NCBI GenBank assembly: GCA_038046805.1
Contig: JBBSVO010000008.1
Span: 1 to 28,731, forward strand
DNA: 28,731 nt
Reading direction: 5' to 3'
From: Candidatus Micrarchaeota archaeon
GTDB taxonomy: Archaea; Micrarchaeota; Micrarchaeia; Anstonellales; Bilamarchaeaceae
The translations under genes and the position numbers were made by a program. Positions 7,730 through 17,297 of the stretch are shown here, one piece after another; position 1 is the stretch's first letter, and every line of letters begins with the position of its first letter. The notes under the pieces were generated by a model, which had not been told where the DNA came from, did no database searches, and worked only from the letters and a program-made list of their open reading frames with translations.

Positions 7730-8350
7730 TCAAAGGTCCTTGACCCTAAGGTCCCTAACCCTGAAATTATCCATGTCTGAAAAGCAAATGGAATGAGGAG
7801 TTCCATCTGTACTTCTTCTAATTGCAAGTGCTGAAAAGAAATTTACTGTATTTAAATCAAAAACATGATCTATAGTACTCGCATCGTCATGGAAATTTTT
7901 TGTAAGTAAGGATACTGGAACAGAACTGGAAATAGTCACATCTTCAAGCGTATATAAACCACCCTCTGTAAGGTCTGTTTTTATCAGACCCCAATCCCTT
8001 CCAGGTTCGCCGATTCTTTGGTCACCTATCATATAAAGAACGTCTGGAACAACAATTGTGCCTAGATCAAGCCATCTGAGTGTACTAAGGTCGTCTTTTA
8101 TCTTACTGACCTCGGTTTCCAACATAAACTCCTTGCCTATCTTTAAGGCCGCGGTTCTGGTAGGTGTTTCATCGAATGCAATTCGAAAAACATATCGTAT
8201 GGAACCTTCTCCAATAAAGTAAACCGTTCCGCTTGAAAATTCAGGAACAAGAACTTTGTCCTGGGCAGGAAGTTTGCTTCTGAAGGCATTGTATCTGTCA
8301 ATTACAACCTTTGGCGGTGCTGCCCTGAGATGTGCCGGAGTCATTGGCAT
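7730..8350 (-). CDS. Hypothetical protein with protein-kinase-like motifs
   Basis: IGEGSIRYVF, AALK, DLNTVN and FSDMD occur in kinase order. TTTTAAAT box ~23 nt upstream. Confidence 0.6.
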   Translation of the reverse strand: MPMTPAHLRAAPPKVVIDRYNAFRSKLPAQDKVLVPEFSSGTVYFIGEGSIRYVFRIAFDETPTRTAALKIGKEFMLETEVSKIKDDLSTLRWLDLGTIVVPDVLYMIGDQRIGEPGRDWGLIKTDLTEGGLYTLEDVTISSSVPVSLLTKNFHDDASTIDHVFDLNTVNFFSALAIRRSTDGTPHSICFSDMDNFRVRDLRVKDL

Positions 8351-8404
8351 GACGTAAATAAGTGGCAGGGAGAATTTAAAAAGATTGGGAAAAACATTAA
8401 GTTT

Positions 8405-8497
8405 ATAGCGAACCTCAAAAATAATTCGGTTCGCTATCTATCCAACCAACCTAGATAAGAACAGAGTCAAACTCCGAAAAACTTTGTTGGTTGGATA
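8405..8497. repeat. Two adjacent perfect inverted repeats downstream of nreA
   Basis: ATAGCGAACC (8405-8414) / GGTTCGCTAT (8428-8437), and TATCCAACCAAC (8439-8450) / GTTGGTTGGATA (8486-8497). Confidence 0.8.
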
Positions 8498-8502
8498 TCA
8501 GA

Positions 8503-9726
8503 TTAGAAAAAATCTCTCAATCTCGTCTGGCGCATTATTTTGCTCATAGACTGATAGCGAGAAAGCGGAACCCGAACATAAGATGAAAGCGTGGTGAAAA
8601 GCTCTTGCAATGAACCGAACCTCTCTGGCACTGACAAAAGAGCATGGCGGACATTCTCTCTTACTTCCCACACCCCGACAGGAATTATGTAACCCTCGCC
8701 AATCTCGCGGATAACCACTGCCCTGGCCTGCCTTCGCATCTTTTGAAGGTGTTCTGCAATCGCAAGGCGCACTGCATAATACGCCCCGACCTGTTTGTCT
8801 GCGTAGGTTGTCCTGCCTTCGTGCGGCTCATATTCTTCTGTTGTAATCGTATCCTTCGCGCCTTTTGCCCAAACAGATTCAGGTGCCCAGGATTCAAAAT
8901 TCTCAAATTCCCATGCCCCGGGCATAAGGATTACGAAAAAGCGATTATACAGAAACTCGTTGCGGAATAATAAAAATTCGCCAATCTCCGGGAAATCACG
9001 CACCTCTTCCAGCATTTGCTTTCCGAGCATGTCATCGGTCGCAGTTATCCCCCAGCGCGTTGGAACGAGTTTTCGGTTTTCCTTTTTCCCTAATGCACCG
9101 GATGAAAGAATGTGGGAAAGATAATAATTGTCAAATCCTGCGCGGGATAATTCCTCAACCGCATGAACTGCCTTTAGCCCCTCGGATATTACCGAATCCA
9201 CCTTTTTCGGAATTTTCGGATTTTCCGCCTGATGAAATTCTTTTAGCGGAGCGCTTGCGCCCATAGGCTGAAGAACGGACGAGAATTGCATGTCGAATTT
9301 TGGAATTTTGGAGAATTTTACTTCCACATCAACCGCACGAATGCTGATTGAGACCTCCTGCATTTCATCAGAAACGCGTGCGGAAACGTTTGTTTTCTTT
9401 TTTCCGCGAAGGAACGAAGAAAAATTCCGGATTATTTCATCATAGCTTTTTCCGTAAAGGTCGCGGGGACTTTCTGCCAGTATCTGGCTTGAGGGTTTCG
9501 TCTCGGCGTCCATCTGCGATTCCGCGGAAACAAGCGGTCCTGCATAAACATCAGGATAAAACGCGCTTCCGACAAATAATTCGTTTGAAGGACCGAAAAC
9601 ATCCATCCCTATGGATTTCGACATCGAAGACTGGACATTGAGCTTGCTGAGAAGAGGACAGAATGAAAGTCCGCAGAGGCGTTTGGTTGCCTTGCATCGG
9701 ACGCATAAATCAGCCGTGGGTTTCAT
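8503..9726 (-). CDS. nreA: Nre-family DNA repair protein
   Basis: N-terminal CxxC..LCG...CP, RKLVPTRWGITATDD, YYAVRLA, PVGVWEVRE, and C-terminal PIP box QTRLRDFF. Confidence 0.92.
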   Translation of the reverse strand: MKPTADLCVRCKATKRLCGLSFCPLLSKLNVQSSMSKSIGMDVFGPSNELFVGSAFYPDVYAGPLVSAESQMDAETKPSSQILAESPRDLYGKSYDEIIRNFSSFLRGKKKTNVSARVSDEMQEVSISIRAVDVEVKFSKIPKFDMQFSSVLQPMGASAPLKEFHQAENPKIPKKVDSVISEGLKAVHAVEELSRAGFDNYYLSHILSSGALGKKENRKLVPTRWGITATDDMLGKQMLEEVRDFPEIGEFLLFRNEFLYNRFFVILMPGAWEFENFESWAPESVWAKGAKDTITTEEYEPHEGRTTYADKQVGAYYAVRLAIAEHLQKMRRQARAVVIREIGEGYIIPVGVWEVRENVRHALLSVPERFGSLQELFTTLSSYVRVPLSRYQSMSKIMRQTRLRDFF

Positions 9727-9824
9727 GAGAATCAAAATCAGAACGCAGTTGAGAAATTAAAAGGTTGGGGTAAATTTACCAATTGCGAGTATGTTTTTAA
9801 ACCCATTTGAATATATTAACTACC

Positions 9825-10223
9825 ATGAACTCATTCAAAACAACGGTTGCAAATCTTTCTCCGGTCAGACTATTCTCAAGATTAAGGGAATGGAGAACCG
9901 CATGCAGGGAAGAGCGGATAAGAGAATGGACGAAAAAAGAGAACACGAGGATGGAAGCTGAAAGATACGCCATAGATCATGAAACTAACGCAGGCACAAA
10001 CGTGCAAAATAAGCGTTGGAAAACGGCCTCAGAGGAATACAATTCTGCAGAATACTGTTGGAGAAACGCGTATCATGATATTAATCCGCTTACACCAGAT
10101 ATAAGACAAACAAAAAGGACGTATGAGAACAATGTTTTTAGATGCAACTTAAGATACCGGGAGTGCGTAGAAGAAGAAAAGAAGCAGACACAACATTCGA
10201 AGCCAAAGTCAGCTACTGGCTAA
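9825..10223 (+). CDS. Hypothetical helical protein
   Basis: ATG ~24 nt after TTTTTAAA (9794-9801). The stop overlaps the pyrE stop convergently. Confidence 0.6.
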   Translation: MNSFKTTVANLSPVRLFSRLREWRTACREERIREWTKKENTRMEAERYAIDHETNAGTNVQNKRWKTASEEYNSAEYCWRNAYHDINPLTPDIRQTKRTYENNVFRCNLRYRECVEEEKKQTQHSKPKSATG

Positions 10224-10876
10224 ACCCCGTACTTCTCCCTGTATTTTATAAAATTCTGGTACATGCGGTCGGTAACATAAACCTTTCCGCCAACGTTCCT
10301 GTTTCTCAGATAATCAAAAATCTCCTTTACGTTTGTTATGGGATAAACAGGAACACCGCATTTGTTCGTGAATTCTTCGATCGCATTTAACCTGATTCCT
10401 TTTTCCATTCTGTCAACTGCAATTACGATGCCGATGACCTTGGCGCCATAGGATTTGATTTTATCTATTGCCTCAAATTTTGTTTCCCCGGTAGTCATTA
10501 CGTCATCAACAAGAATAACACGGGCATCCTTGTCCAGTTCGCAACCTACAAAAACCCCTGCATCCCCGTGGATTTTCTTTTCCTTGCGGTCAAAAAGCCA
10601 GGGCTTGTTTAACCCGAATTCCTTTTGAAGTGCGATTGAAACTGAAACCGCGAGCGGGATTCCCTTATATGCCGGACCAAAGAGGATATCAAAATCATTG
10701 TTAAATTTTTCGCTGATTTTTGCCGCATATGCCTTTCCAAGCTCATAGCTGGTCAAACCATCGCATAGAACTCCGGTTGAAATAAAGAACGGGCTCTGCC
10801 TTCCACTCTTGAGTGTAAAGTCTCCGAATTTTATTGCACCGCTGGTAGCTAGAAATTCTATAAACTGCTCGTTCAT
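10220..10876 (-). CDS. pyrE: Orotate phosphoribosyltransferase
   Basis: FGDFTLKSGRQSPFF, FGPAYKGIPL, DRKEKK and the PRPP-binding VILVDDVMTTG motif. Confidence 0.97.
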   Translation of the reverse strand: MNEQFIEFLATSGAIKFGDFTLKSGRQSPFFISTGVLCDGLTSYELGKAYAAKISEKFNNDFDILFGPAYKGIPLAVSVSIALQKEFGLNKPWLFDRKEKKIHGDAGVFVGCELDKDARVILVDDVMTTGETKFEAIDKIKSYGAKVIGIVIAVDRMEKGIRLNAIEEFTNKCGVPVYPITNVKEIFDYLRNRNVGGKVYVTDRMYQNFIKYREKYGV

Positions 10877-10912
10877 GGATACGCCCTCGCACGAAAACGG
10901 GATTTTTATCGT

Positions 10913-11164
10913 TTACTTCCCGCCAATCTGGCTCTGAATCTGTTTTAGTCTGATTATACTCTGAAGGTCTTCCTTGCATTTCTTTATGTGTGCTGAAATC
11001 TTTCGGAGCTTTTTCTGAAGTCTTGCAACATGGAGATTCTCTCCTCCAGACTTTTGTTTTGACTTTTGCTTCGCTGATTTTGGTTTTAACTTCGACTTCG
11101 CATTTGGTTTTCGGTCAATTGCCTTTTTTCCAGACTTCGATTTAGCCATTTTCCTTTTTGCCAT
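10913..11164 (-). CDS. Small Lys-rich protein with C-terminal coiled coil (~83 aa)
   Basis: MAKRKMAKSKSGKK... very basic N-terminus, then a heptad-like helix. The start was shortened from the ORF track. Confidence 0.55.
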   Translation of the reverse strand: MAKRKMAKSKSGKKAIDRKPNAKSKLKPKSAKQKSKQKSGGENLHVARLQKKLRKISAHIKKCKEDLQSIIRLKQIQSQIGGK

Positions 11165-11217
11165 GTTCTGGAATAAAACACTGAGAATTAAATTTGTATC
11201 GGAAGATGGGCGCTGAG

Positions 11218-11332
11218 CCCGCGCGGGACAATCGGGCAGTGCACTTCGCTTACGCTCGCGCGGATCACTGTTACAAAGCGCTTCGCGCGGATCAACACGG
11301 CAAAGCGCATCACTTCGTTCGCGCGGATCAAC
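11218..11332. repeat. GC-rich degenerate direct-repeat cluster (core TCGCGCGGATCA x3)
   Basis: Exact 12-mer at 11256-11267, 11283-11294 and 11319-11330. Degenerate copy near 11219-11230. Confidence 0.85.
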
Positions 11333-11367
11333 GCGTATTTTAAGCATATAGCGCCATTAATTAATAC

Positions 11368-12324
11368 ATGGGCGCAATCTCCAAAGACCCGAATACTGCG
11401 CGCACGGCACACAATGATATAGAACAACGCATGGCTCACACATTGGCCGGATGGCACGGACCACATGAACTATCCTCGAGATGCGCGAGGGCGGTTTGGG
11501 AAAAGAACCACAGCGCACACAACCCAAAGGATCTTAGTATTGGTTTGGGCTCGGTCGGTCCATCTCCTCGCACCACGGGTTCAAACCTGCGGATTTCAGA
11601 ATTCAGCTGGGAGGCAAAGGATTTTGCGCATGGAAACCTCTCGCTATCCATTGCCAGCGAAACATATAGTGTCGAACTTGATAGGCATGGTGCGGTGCTG
11701 CATTGCATCTTTGATGGTAAGGCAGTTTGCCAATACCCGGAAAATGTCTGGGTGCGGATTTCTGAATCTGCGGCACGGACATATTACGAAATTGCTGATG
11801 TTGCTGACATCATCGTGGTCAGGCGGTCGTTTGAAGGGCAGCGAATCGAGCAATCAGGACGCACGATATATGATCGCTTCGGCGCAAGCAGATACATCCC
11901 TGATGAAAAAACCATTAACACATCACTTAGGGTCATAGAGCGGAAAGATACGTTTGTTCCGGGGGCAGGCTATTTCCTCCCTTTATTCATACCCGAAGAC
12001 TCGGCGCAGTTCCCAAAAGTGTTTTTTGCACATACTCCTGTGATTAGAATAAATGGAATCGGCGCCAGTGAGGCCGCCGCACAAATTTCTTTAGATACGG
12101 ACTATAGCGCAGTATTCGGCCTTAGCGGGTTCATAGAAAAAGGCCAATCGTTCTCGCTTATTCGAGGAATGTATACCAATACCATAATTGATCCCCGTAC
12201 AGGTATTCCTGAAATCAGATATTTTGAGGTTGTGCTGCCACTAGACCGCATATCAAAGGGCTTCAGGCTAAAGATGGAATATCTCGCACATATCGAAAAT
12301 GACGGATTATTGAATATACAATAG
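11368..12324 (+). CDS. Hypothetical protein, possibly galactose-mutarotase-like beta-sandwich
   Basis: Long ORF with a TATA-like TTTTAAG ~24 nt upstream. YSVELDRHGAVLHCIFDG resembles the aldose-1-epimerase N-terminus (weak). Confidence 0.6.
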   Translation: MGAISKDPNTARTAHNDIEQRMAHTLAGWHGPHELSSRCARAVWEKNHSAHNPKDLSIGLGSVGPSPRTTGSNLRISEFSWEAKDFAHGNLSLSIASETYSVELDRHGAVLHCIFDGKAVCQYPENVWVRISESAARTYYEIADVADIIVVRRSFEGQRIEQSGRTIYDRFGASRYIPDEKTINTSLRVIERKDTFVPGAGYFLPLFIPEDSAQFPKVFFAHTPVIRINGIGASEAAAQISLDTDYSAVFGLSGFIEKGQSFSLIRGMYTNTIIDPRTGIPEIRYFEVVLPLDRISKGFRLKMEYLAHIENDGLLNIQ

Positions 12325-12331
12325 AATTCGA

Positions 12332-13120
12332 TTAGCAAGGCTTTTGTTTTCCCGCTTCCCTCACCGCCTTCACCATTTTCCTTATATTCTCAACCGAGCC
12401 TTTTCCCTGCTCAAAGGCGGCTCCGACCTGAACCGCGTCCGCACCGGCCTTGATTATGCTTGCAGCCTGTTCCGGGGTTTTTATTCCGCCCGCAACTACG
12501 TACGGAATTGAATCATCAAGCACTGACGACACGGCCTTAATCATCTCAAGTGGTATATGTCCTTCCTTTGGCTTGCTTCCCGCGTCGGTAACAATCATTC
12601 TGAAACCCATGTACTGTGCCGCGAGCGCTGCCATAGCCGCGGCCTGAGGTTCACTTCTTTTCAACAAATCAACTTCCGCAACCTTTCCGACAGTTCCGCC
12701 AGGCTCCACAACCAAATACGCAACAGAAATCGGCTCAAGCCCGAGCTTCTTCACTATTGGCGCACCCTTAATCTGTGCACCGCTTATCCAATATGGTTTC
12801 GTTGAATTGAGAAGGCTCATAAAATAAACCGCATCCGCGTATTTTGTAAGCCATGTGACATTTCCCGGAAACAAAACAACCGGAATATTCACGTTTTCCT
12901 TGATCTGCTTTACTACAGAATCGAGAAAATCCTGGGAGCTAAGCGTGCTTCCGCCAATCAGAATAAGATCGCTGCCGGCCTCGTTCGCATTCTTTGCAGT
13001 ACGTGCAGCATTCTCCGCGGTTTTATGGTCATCCGGATCAATTACAGTAAACAATAATCCGCCTTTTCGGCCGATTTCGTCATTGATATATTTTTCTACT
13101 TTGCCTAGTGCTATTGTCAT
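12332..13120 (-). CDS. Geranylgeranylglyceryl phosphate synthase (GGGPS/PcrB family)
   Basis: IDPD, ILIGGS, PVVLFPGN, ADAVYFMSLLNS, YLVVEPGGTVG, DAGS, GGIKT and GAD motifs. GAGGT RBS. Confidence 0.95.
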   Translation of the reverse strand: MTIALGKVEKYINDEIGRKGGLLFTVIDPDDHKTAENAARTAKNANEAGSDLILIGGSTLSSQDFLDSVVKQIKENVNIPVVLFPGNVTWLTKYADAVYFMSLLNSTKPYWISGAQIKGAPIVKKLGLEPISVAYLVVEPGGTVGKVAEVDLLKRSEPQAAAMAALAAQYMGFRMIVTDAGSKPKEGHIPLEMIKAVSSVLDDSIPYVVAGGIKTPEQAASIIKAGADAVQVGAAFEQGKGSVENIRKMVKAVREAGKQKPC

Positions 13121-13186
13121 AAACATACCTCACAAAAGCAGATTTTAAACCTATCGTGAAACCAAGGTTATTCAAGCCAGCAAAAA

Positions 13187-14122
13187 TCAGTAAAATCTTG
13201 AATGAGCCTTGCATTGGCAATGCTTGTCATCCGGCTTCGGGCATTTCTTTATTGAATCTATTGCAGATTTTGCAACGTCCGGTTCAACTTCATAAAATGA
13301 TTCGTCAGAATCGTCACTGCCAAACCTATCGTGAAGTTGCGAAACAAAATATTTCCCGTCATTCTCACATCTGAAATATCTGAAATCCATTTCGTCTCCG
13401 GCATTGTCAAGAATAGTTATACCGCTTAAGTATGGAACGTCCCATCCGCAACTCGGGCATAGTTTGCCCATCCGAAACGGTTCAAGCAAATTCGAAATGT
13501 GATTTTTATTTAGTTCAGCGATAATCTTTGGCATTCTTTTCAGGTCTTCGCTTTTCGGGGCAGCTCCAAGAATCAGCTTGAACTCTCCATGGGATTTTGC
13601 CGCATTTTGCATGCTGACATCCCAAATCATAATCAGTTTGGAATCGTTCGAAACAATTTTTTCAATATCCGAACGTAATTTTTCCTCGCTCGTATAGCCT
13701 TGCTTTATGTCTTCGTTGAGTAGTTTTTCCGCCTCGGATATCGGATAATCCGGGAATTTATCTGAATCCAATGCCATTATAGGGTCGTCTCCGCTTGAAA
13801 GGGAATCCCCGAATCCGGGTTTATACCCCGAATGCGCCCCATCAGCAGTCCGCTCAACACCCAAGATGCAGGCACATGCATGAATCATTATGAAATGCGC
13901 GAGGATATCCTGGCTTAATGGAACCTGCACCTGCCCAAGCGCCTTCGCAGGAACGTATTTGAATACAAGAAGGGAATAATGCTCGGCTAAGGTATCCAAA
14001 ACCCATTGGTTGCGTTTTCCCGAATCCAAATCAGATGAGAATTTGGTTTGGGTAAGGATTCGCGGTCCCGTTTCCTTTTTCTCGGTTTTCCGAGTATCTT
14101 TGGATTTCTTTGTTCCTGCCAT
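13187..14122 (-). CDS. Hypothetical protein with C-terminal Cys/His clusters (putative Zn binding)
   Basis: GGTGA RBS. CPSCG...RC and CPKPDDKHCQCKAH. Confidence 0.7.
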   Translation of the reverse strand: MAGTKKSKDTRKTEKKETGPRILTQTKFSSDLDSGKRNQWVLDTLAEHYSLLVFKYVPAKALGQVQVPLSQDILAHFIMIHACACILGVERTADGAHSGYKPGFGDSLSSGDDPIMALDSDKFPDYPISEAEKLLNEDIKQGYTSEEKLRSDIEKIVSNDSKLIMIWDVSMQNAAKSHGEFKLILGAAPKSEDLKRMPKIIAELNKNHISNLLEPFRMGKLCPSCGWDVPYLSGITILDNAGDEMDFRYFRCENDGKYFVSQLHDRFGSDDSDESFYEVEPDVAKSAIDSIKKCPKPDDKHCQCKAHSRFY

Positions 14123-14250
14123 AATCTCATCTCACCCGAACTCGGATATATCCGTCTGCGTCTTATTTATCAATTCGCTGTTTCCCTTTTTTTACATTCC
14201 GTTCCGGTGCCATGGAAATGATTAAATATTCTTTTAACACTAATAATAAC

Positions 14251-14547
14251 ATGCAAAAGGGAGGATTAATAGTGATTGCGGCATTAACTGCTTCATTCGG
14301 CAGCGCATGTACTTCTCCAAGAGAGCGGATGCGCGAAAGGCCACCGATGGTCGATGCAATGACGGATGGAAAACTTAAGGGAGCAGTACCGAGAAAAGTT
14401 GATGAATCGCAAAGGAAGAGTGTGCCAGAAGAGCCATGGAGGATAGGCGACGTGATAATCCCGCCCGCGAGTCCGGGTAAAGGAGTTACAATTCCAGAAC
14501 CAGAACCATTCAATACGCCAAGAACGCCAATTAAACCAAGACTTTAG
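14251..14547 (+). CDS. Small Pro-rich putative lipoprotein
   Basis: ATG ~23 nt after ATTAAATA. Signal-like GLIVIAALTASFGSAC. Confidence 0.55.
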   Translation: MQKGGLIVIAALTASFGSACTSPRERMRERPPMVDAMTDGKLKGAVPRKVDESQRKSVPEEPWRIGDVIIPPASPGKGVTIPEPEPFNTPRTPIKPRL

Positions 14548-14554
14548 ATTCCAT

Positions 14555-15952
14555 TCATTTTTTGATTGCATTTGATGCATCCAAGGCACTTTTTCGGGTA
14601 GATGTCAACGCAATAAATTCTTCGCTTCCTTCAGGGGCGTATTTCAAACCGTTGTCGGCACTATTTATTGAGAGCCTCAGAAGTCTGGCAACTTCACCAT
14701 AATCTCCGCTTTCTTCAGCTTTTTTCCTTGCATGCCCAGCCAACTTGAAATAGGAGTAGCTTTCTTTTACGAATATTGCCGGGTCCATAGGAACAAGATT
14801 CTCCCATGTAGTGCAAATGTTGATTGTTTTGATTAGATTTTGAGGGTCTCCGGAAGAGTTATATAAGAATGTAAGTTCGAGAAAGATATCGGGAGATTTT
14901 ATACCGAAGGCCACTGCAGATTCCAAAATTTTAATTGCCTGATCTGTTTGTCCACTTTTTCTAAGGAGTTCTGATTTATATGCATAAGCACTCCCATTTT
15001 TTGGTTCAATTGAAATTATTTTATCAAATGCATCTATTGCTTCATCAGATTTACCAAGCGTGCTTAATGTCTTGCCAAGCCTCATTAAGTATTCTGGACG
15101 ATTATCATCGTACTGAAGCATTTTTCTTACGTACATCTCCGCAGTTCTAAAGTCTTTGACCTTAGTGCTCTCATCGAATAAACCACGAAGCCCCTCAATC
15201 ATCAATTTTTTATCTTCCTCTGCCTTGCCCAGCAAATACGCAGTCTCAAATGCTTCCGCGGCCGTCTGCCCGTTCTTTCCGTTTATCTGATGATACACGC
15301 CGAGGTCGTGGTAATAAAGCGAGGCGATTTGCTTCTCATCCGTCAGTTCAGCCGGTGTGTTTTTCCTGTCAACCCCTACGATGGTGTAAGAGCCATCCAA
15401 AACCTTCTGTCCTTTATAGACTGCATCCAATGTCTCGGGTGTCTTGTCCTTTAATGGAATCCCCTTAAATCCGAAAGCAGGGTCAAACAGGAACATGCCT
15501 TCATTCAGGGTAATCGCCACCGCATGCCCCATTGTCATTTGTGTTACCCCATCTTTGAATTTCGCGGTGATGTCAAAATCAAGAACGCTTATGTCCTTCA
15601 TATCCACCCCGTAAGCCCTGGCAGCTGCGACAATGGCCAGAATCATCTCATCACAGTCCGCCCTGAGCGGCTTTCCCTGAAAAAAATCTGCCGGTCGGTG
15701 TGGAACGTGCTTTGTTGAAAGCTCATAGGACGTTCCGAGCGTTCCGCCTATGCGGACAAATTCATACGCCGCCCGGATTACTTCCTTCGTCTTTTTCTGC
15801 CGCGTCTCCGGCAAGTCAATGGGGGTTATTGGATGAAGGTCCTTTGGCATGGAAGGGCGTATTTTTTCCAATGGAACCGTGAGTATGAGTTCTGGTTGGA
15901 CCGGTCTTCTTTCTTTTTGTTGCGGAGATTCGGGCGTGAATCTTTCCGGCAT
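14555..15952 (-). CDS. Transglutaminase-like (Cys-His-Asp) domain plus TPR repeats
   Basis: ADCDE, GHAVA and LFDPA triad motifs. TPRs such as YLMRLGKTLSTLGKSDEAIDAFDKIISIEP. The start overlaps the EndoQ stop (TAATG). Confidence 0.8.
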   Translation of the reverse strand: MPERFTPESPQQKERRPVQPELILTVPLEKIRPSMPKDLHPITPIDLPETRQKKTKEVIRAAYEFVRIGGTLGTSYELSTKHVPHRPADFFQGKPLRADCDEMILAIVAAARAYGVDMKDISVLDFDITAKFKDGVTQMTMGHAVAITLNEGMFLFDPAFGFKGIPLKDKTPETLDAVYKGQKVLDGSYTIVGVDRKNTPAELTDEKQIASLYYHDLGVYHQINGKNGQTAAEAFETAYLLGKAEEDKKLMIEGLRGLFDESTKVKDFRTAEMYVRKMLQYDDNRPEYLMRLGKTLSTLGKSDEAIDAFDKIISIEPKNGSAYAYKSELLRKSGQTDQAIKILESAVAFGIKSPDIFLELTFLYNSSGDPQNLIKTINICTTWENLVPMDPAIFVKESYSYFKLAGHARKKAEESGDYGEVARLLRLSINSADNGLKYAPEGSEEFIALTSTRKSALDASNAIKK

Positions 15953-17214
15953 TAAAATTCACCCAGATTCGTCTGCTTCTTATCAACCGATTCCGTTTTT
16001 TTTCCTTTTGGCTTTGCATCTAGGACCAATTCCCCGAACACCCCATCATGTCCCGGAATCCAGCGAATTTCTCCTTTATTGACCCGAATAATCGCATTTG
16101 AAATTTCGATCGATGTGGCAAGCCGTAACTGCTCGTTCTTTGCCTCGTAAACTGAGAATTCATTTCCAAAATAGCGAATCAGTTTATCATACTCTTCCCA
16201 AACTGCTTTAGCTGCTTCGCTTTTCTTCAATGCCTTTGCGATTACTGTCGAAAGCGGAACGATATGCTGGAATGGAACCGCGCGCTCTGGTTTAAATCCC
16301 AGCTTACGGTCCGCTAGGTCTGCAACGCGGTGCATAACTCCAATCGTCAGCTTCTTGCGGCAAACCGGACATAGATTGTTGTATTCCTTTGCCTGCCACG
16401 GAGTGATATTTACTTTGCAGTCACGATGTCCGTCATAATGGTATTTTCCTTCCTCCGGATAGAATTCGTATGTTTTTACAAAACCGCGCCTTGTTCTTAT
16501 TGCATTGATCAGTGAGTCGTACGAAACTCCGTTCGGTTCCCCAAATTCAAATACATTCGCTTCTCTTCCGAGCTTTTGCTTCGAATGTGCATCACTGTTT
16601 GAGACCAAAGTATATTTGTCAAGTGCGCTTATCATCCAGTTCATTTCAGGGTCCGAGGACAAACCTGTTTCCAATGCGAAAATCCTGTCTGCCTTGTCTT
16701 CAAACGCCTCGGTTATGGAGTCTACGCCGGAATTACTTCCAAAAACCGAAAAATGAGGAGTCCAGATATGCGCCGGAATTATCGCAATCTCACGTGAGAT
16801 TTGCATCAATTCCTCGACCAATCCTGCCGATGAGATATGCAGCATAGGCCTTCCATCCACGCCAATATCTCCGAATTTTCGCGTTCTTTCATTGATTTGT
16901 TCCGCAATTTCAAGATTAGGTGCGAGAATCACGTGATGCATCTTTTTTGTTTTCCCATTAAGTTCATATATGACGCTAACTTCTGTTGAAAGAATGAACC
17001 GCACTCCGGCGTGAGTTGCAAGCCCGCAGCCGTCGCCCCAATCCTTAAGAGTCGCCTTGATTTCCTCGAAATAGGTCGGATGGGTGAAATCCCCTGTTGC
17101 AACAACATCTATGCCTTTCAGTTTCGCACCTTCCGCAATTCCGTCCAAATCAAACGTCGGACTGGTTGCTCTGGCATACTTAGAATGAACATGAAGGTCT
17201 GCTATGACACGCAT
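15952..17214 (-). CDS. Endonuclease Q family protein (PHP domain + Zn ribbon)
   Basis: DLHVHSKY, TGDFTHP, PAHIWTP, ETGLSSD, SNSDAHS, GKYH, CPVC, PGHDGVFG and PIP box QTNLGEF. Confidence 0.92.
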   Translation of the reverse strand: MRVIADLHVHSKYARATSPTFDLDGIAEGAKLKGIDVVATGDFTHPTYFEEIKATLKDWGDGCGLATHAGVRFILSTEVSVIYELNGKTKKMHHVILAPNLEIAEQINERTRKFGDIGVDGRPMLHISSAGLVEELMQISREIAIIPAHIWTPHFSVFGSNSGVDSITEAFEDKADRIFALETGLSSDPEMNWMISALDKYTLVSNSDAHSKQKLGREANVFEFGEPNGVSYDSLINAIRTRRGFVKTYEFYPEEGKYHYDGHRDCKVNITPWQAKEYNNLCPVCRKKLTIGVMHRVADLADRKLGFKPERAVPFQHIVPLSTVIAKALKKSEAAKAVWEEYDKLIRYFGNEFSVYEAKNEQLRLATSIEISNAIIRVNKGEIRWIPGHDGVFGELVLDAKPKGKKTESVDKKQTNLGEF

Positions 17215-17297
17215 AAAACAAGCTCCAGACCAGATTCTCGAGTTATAGTTATATTTTTATGTATTGTCTTCGCAATGATACATACGTGGTGATGTTG

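Noticed and set aside
11218..11332. Mini CRISPR array
   Set aside because: The repeat is only 12 bp, and the intervening segments (15 and 24 nt) are unequal and share modules with each other.
11165..11347. N-terminal extension of ORF 10913-11347 with DPRE repeats
   Set aside because: The peptide repeats simply translate exact DNA repeats with no synonymous variation in the core, and the composition differs sharply from the Lys-rich part. Probably non-coding.
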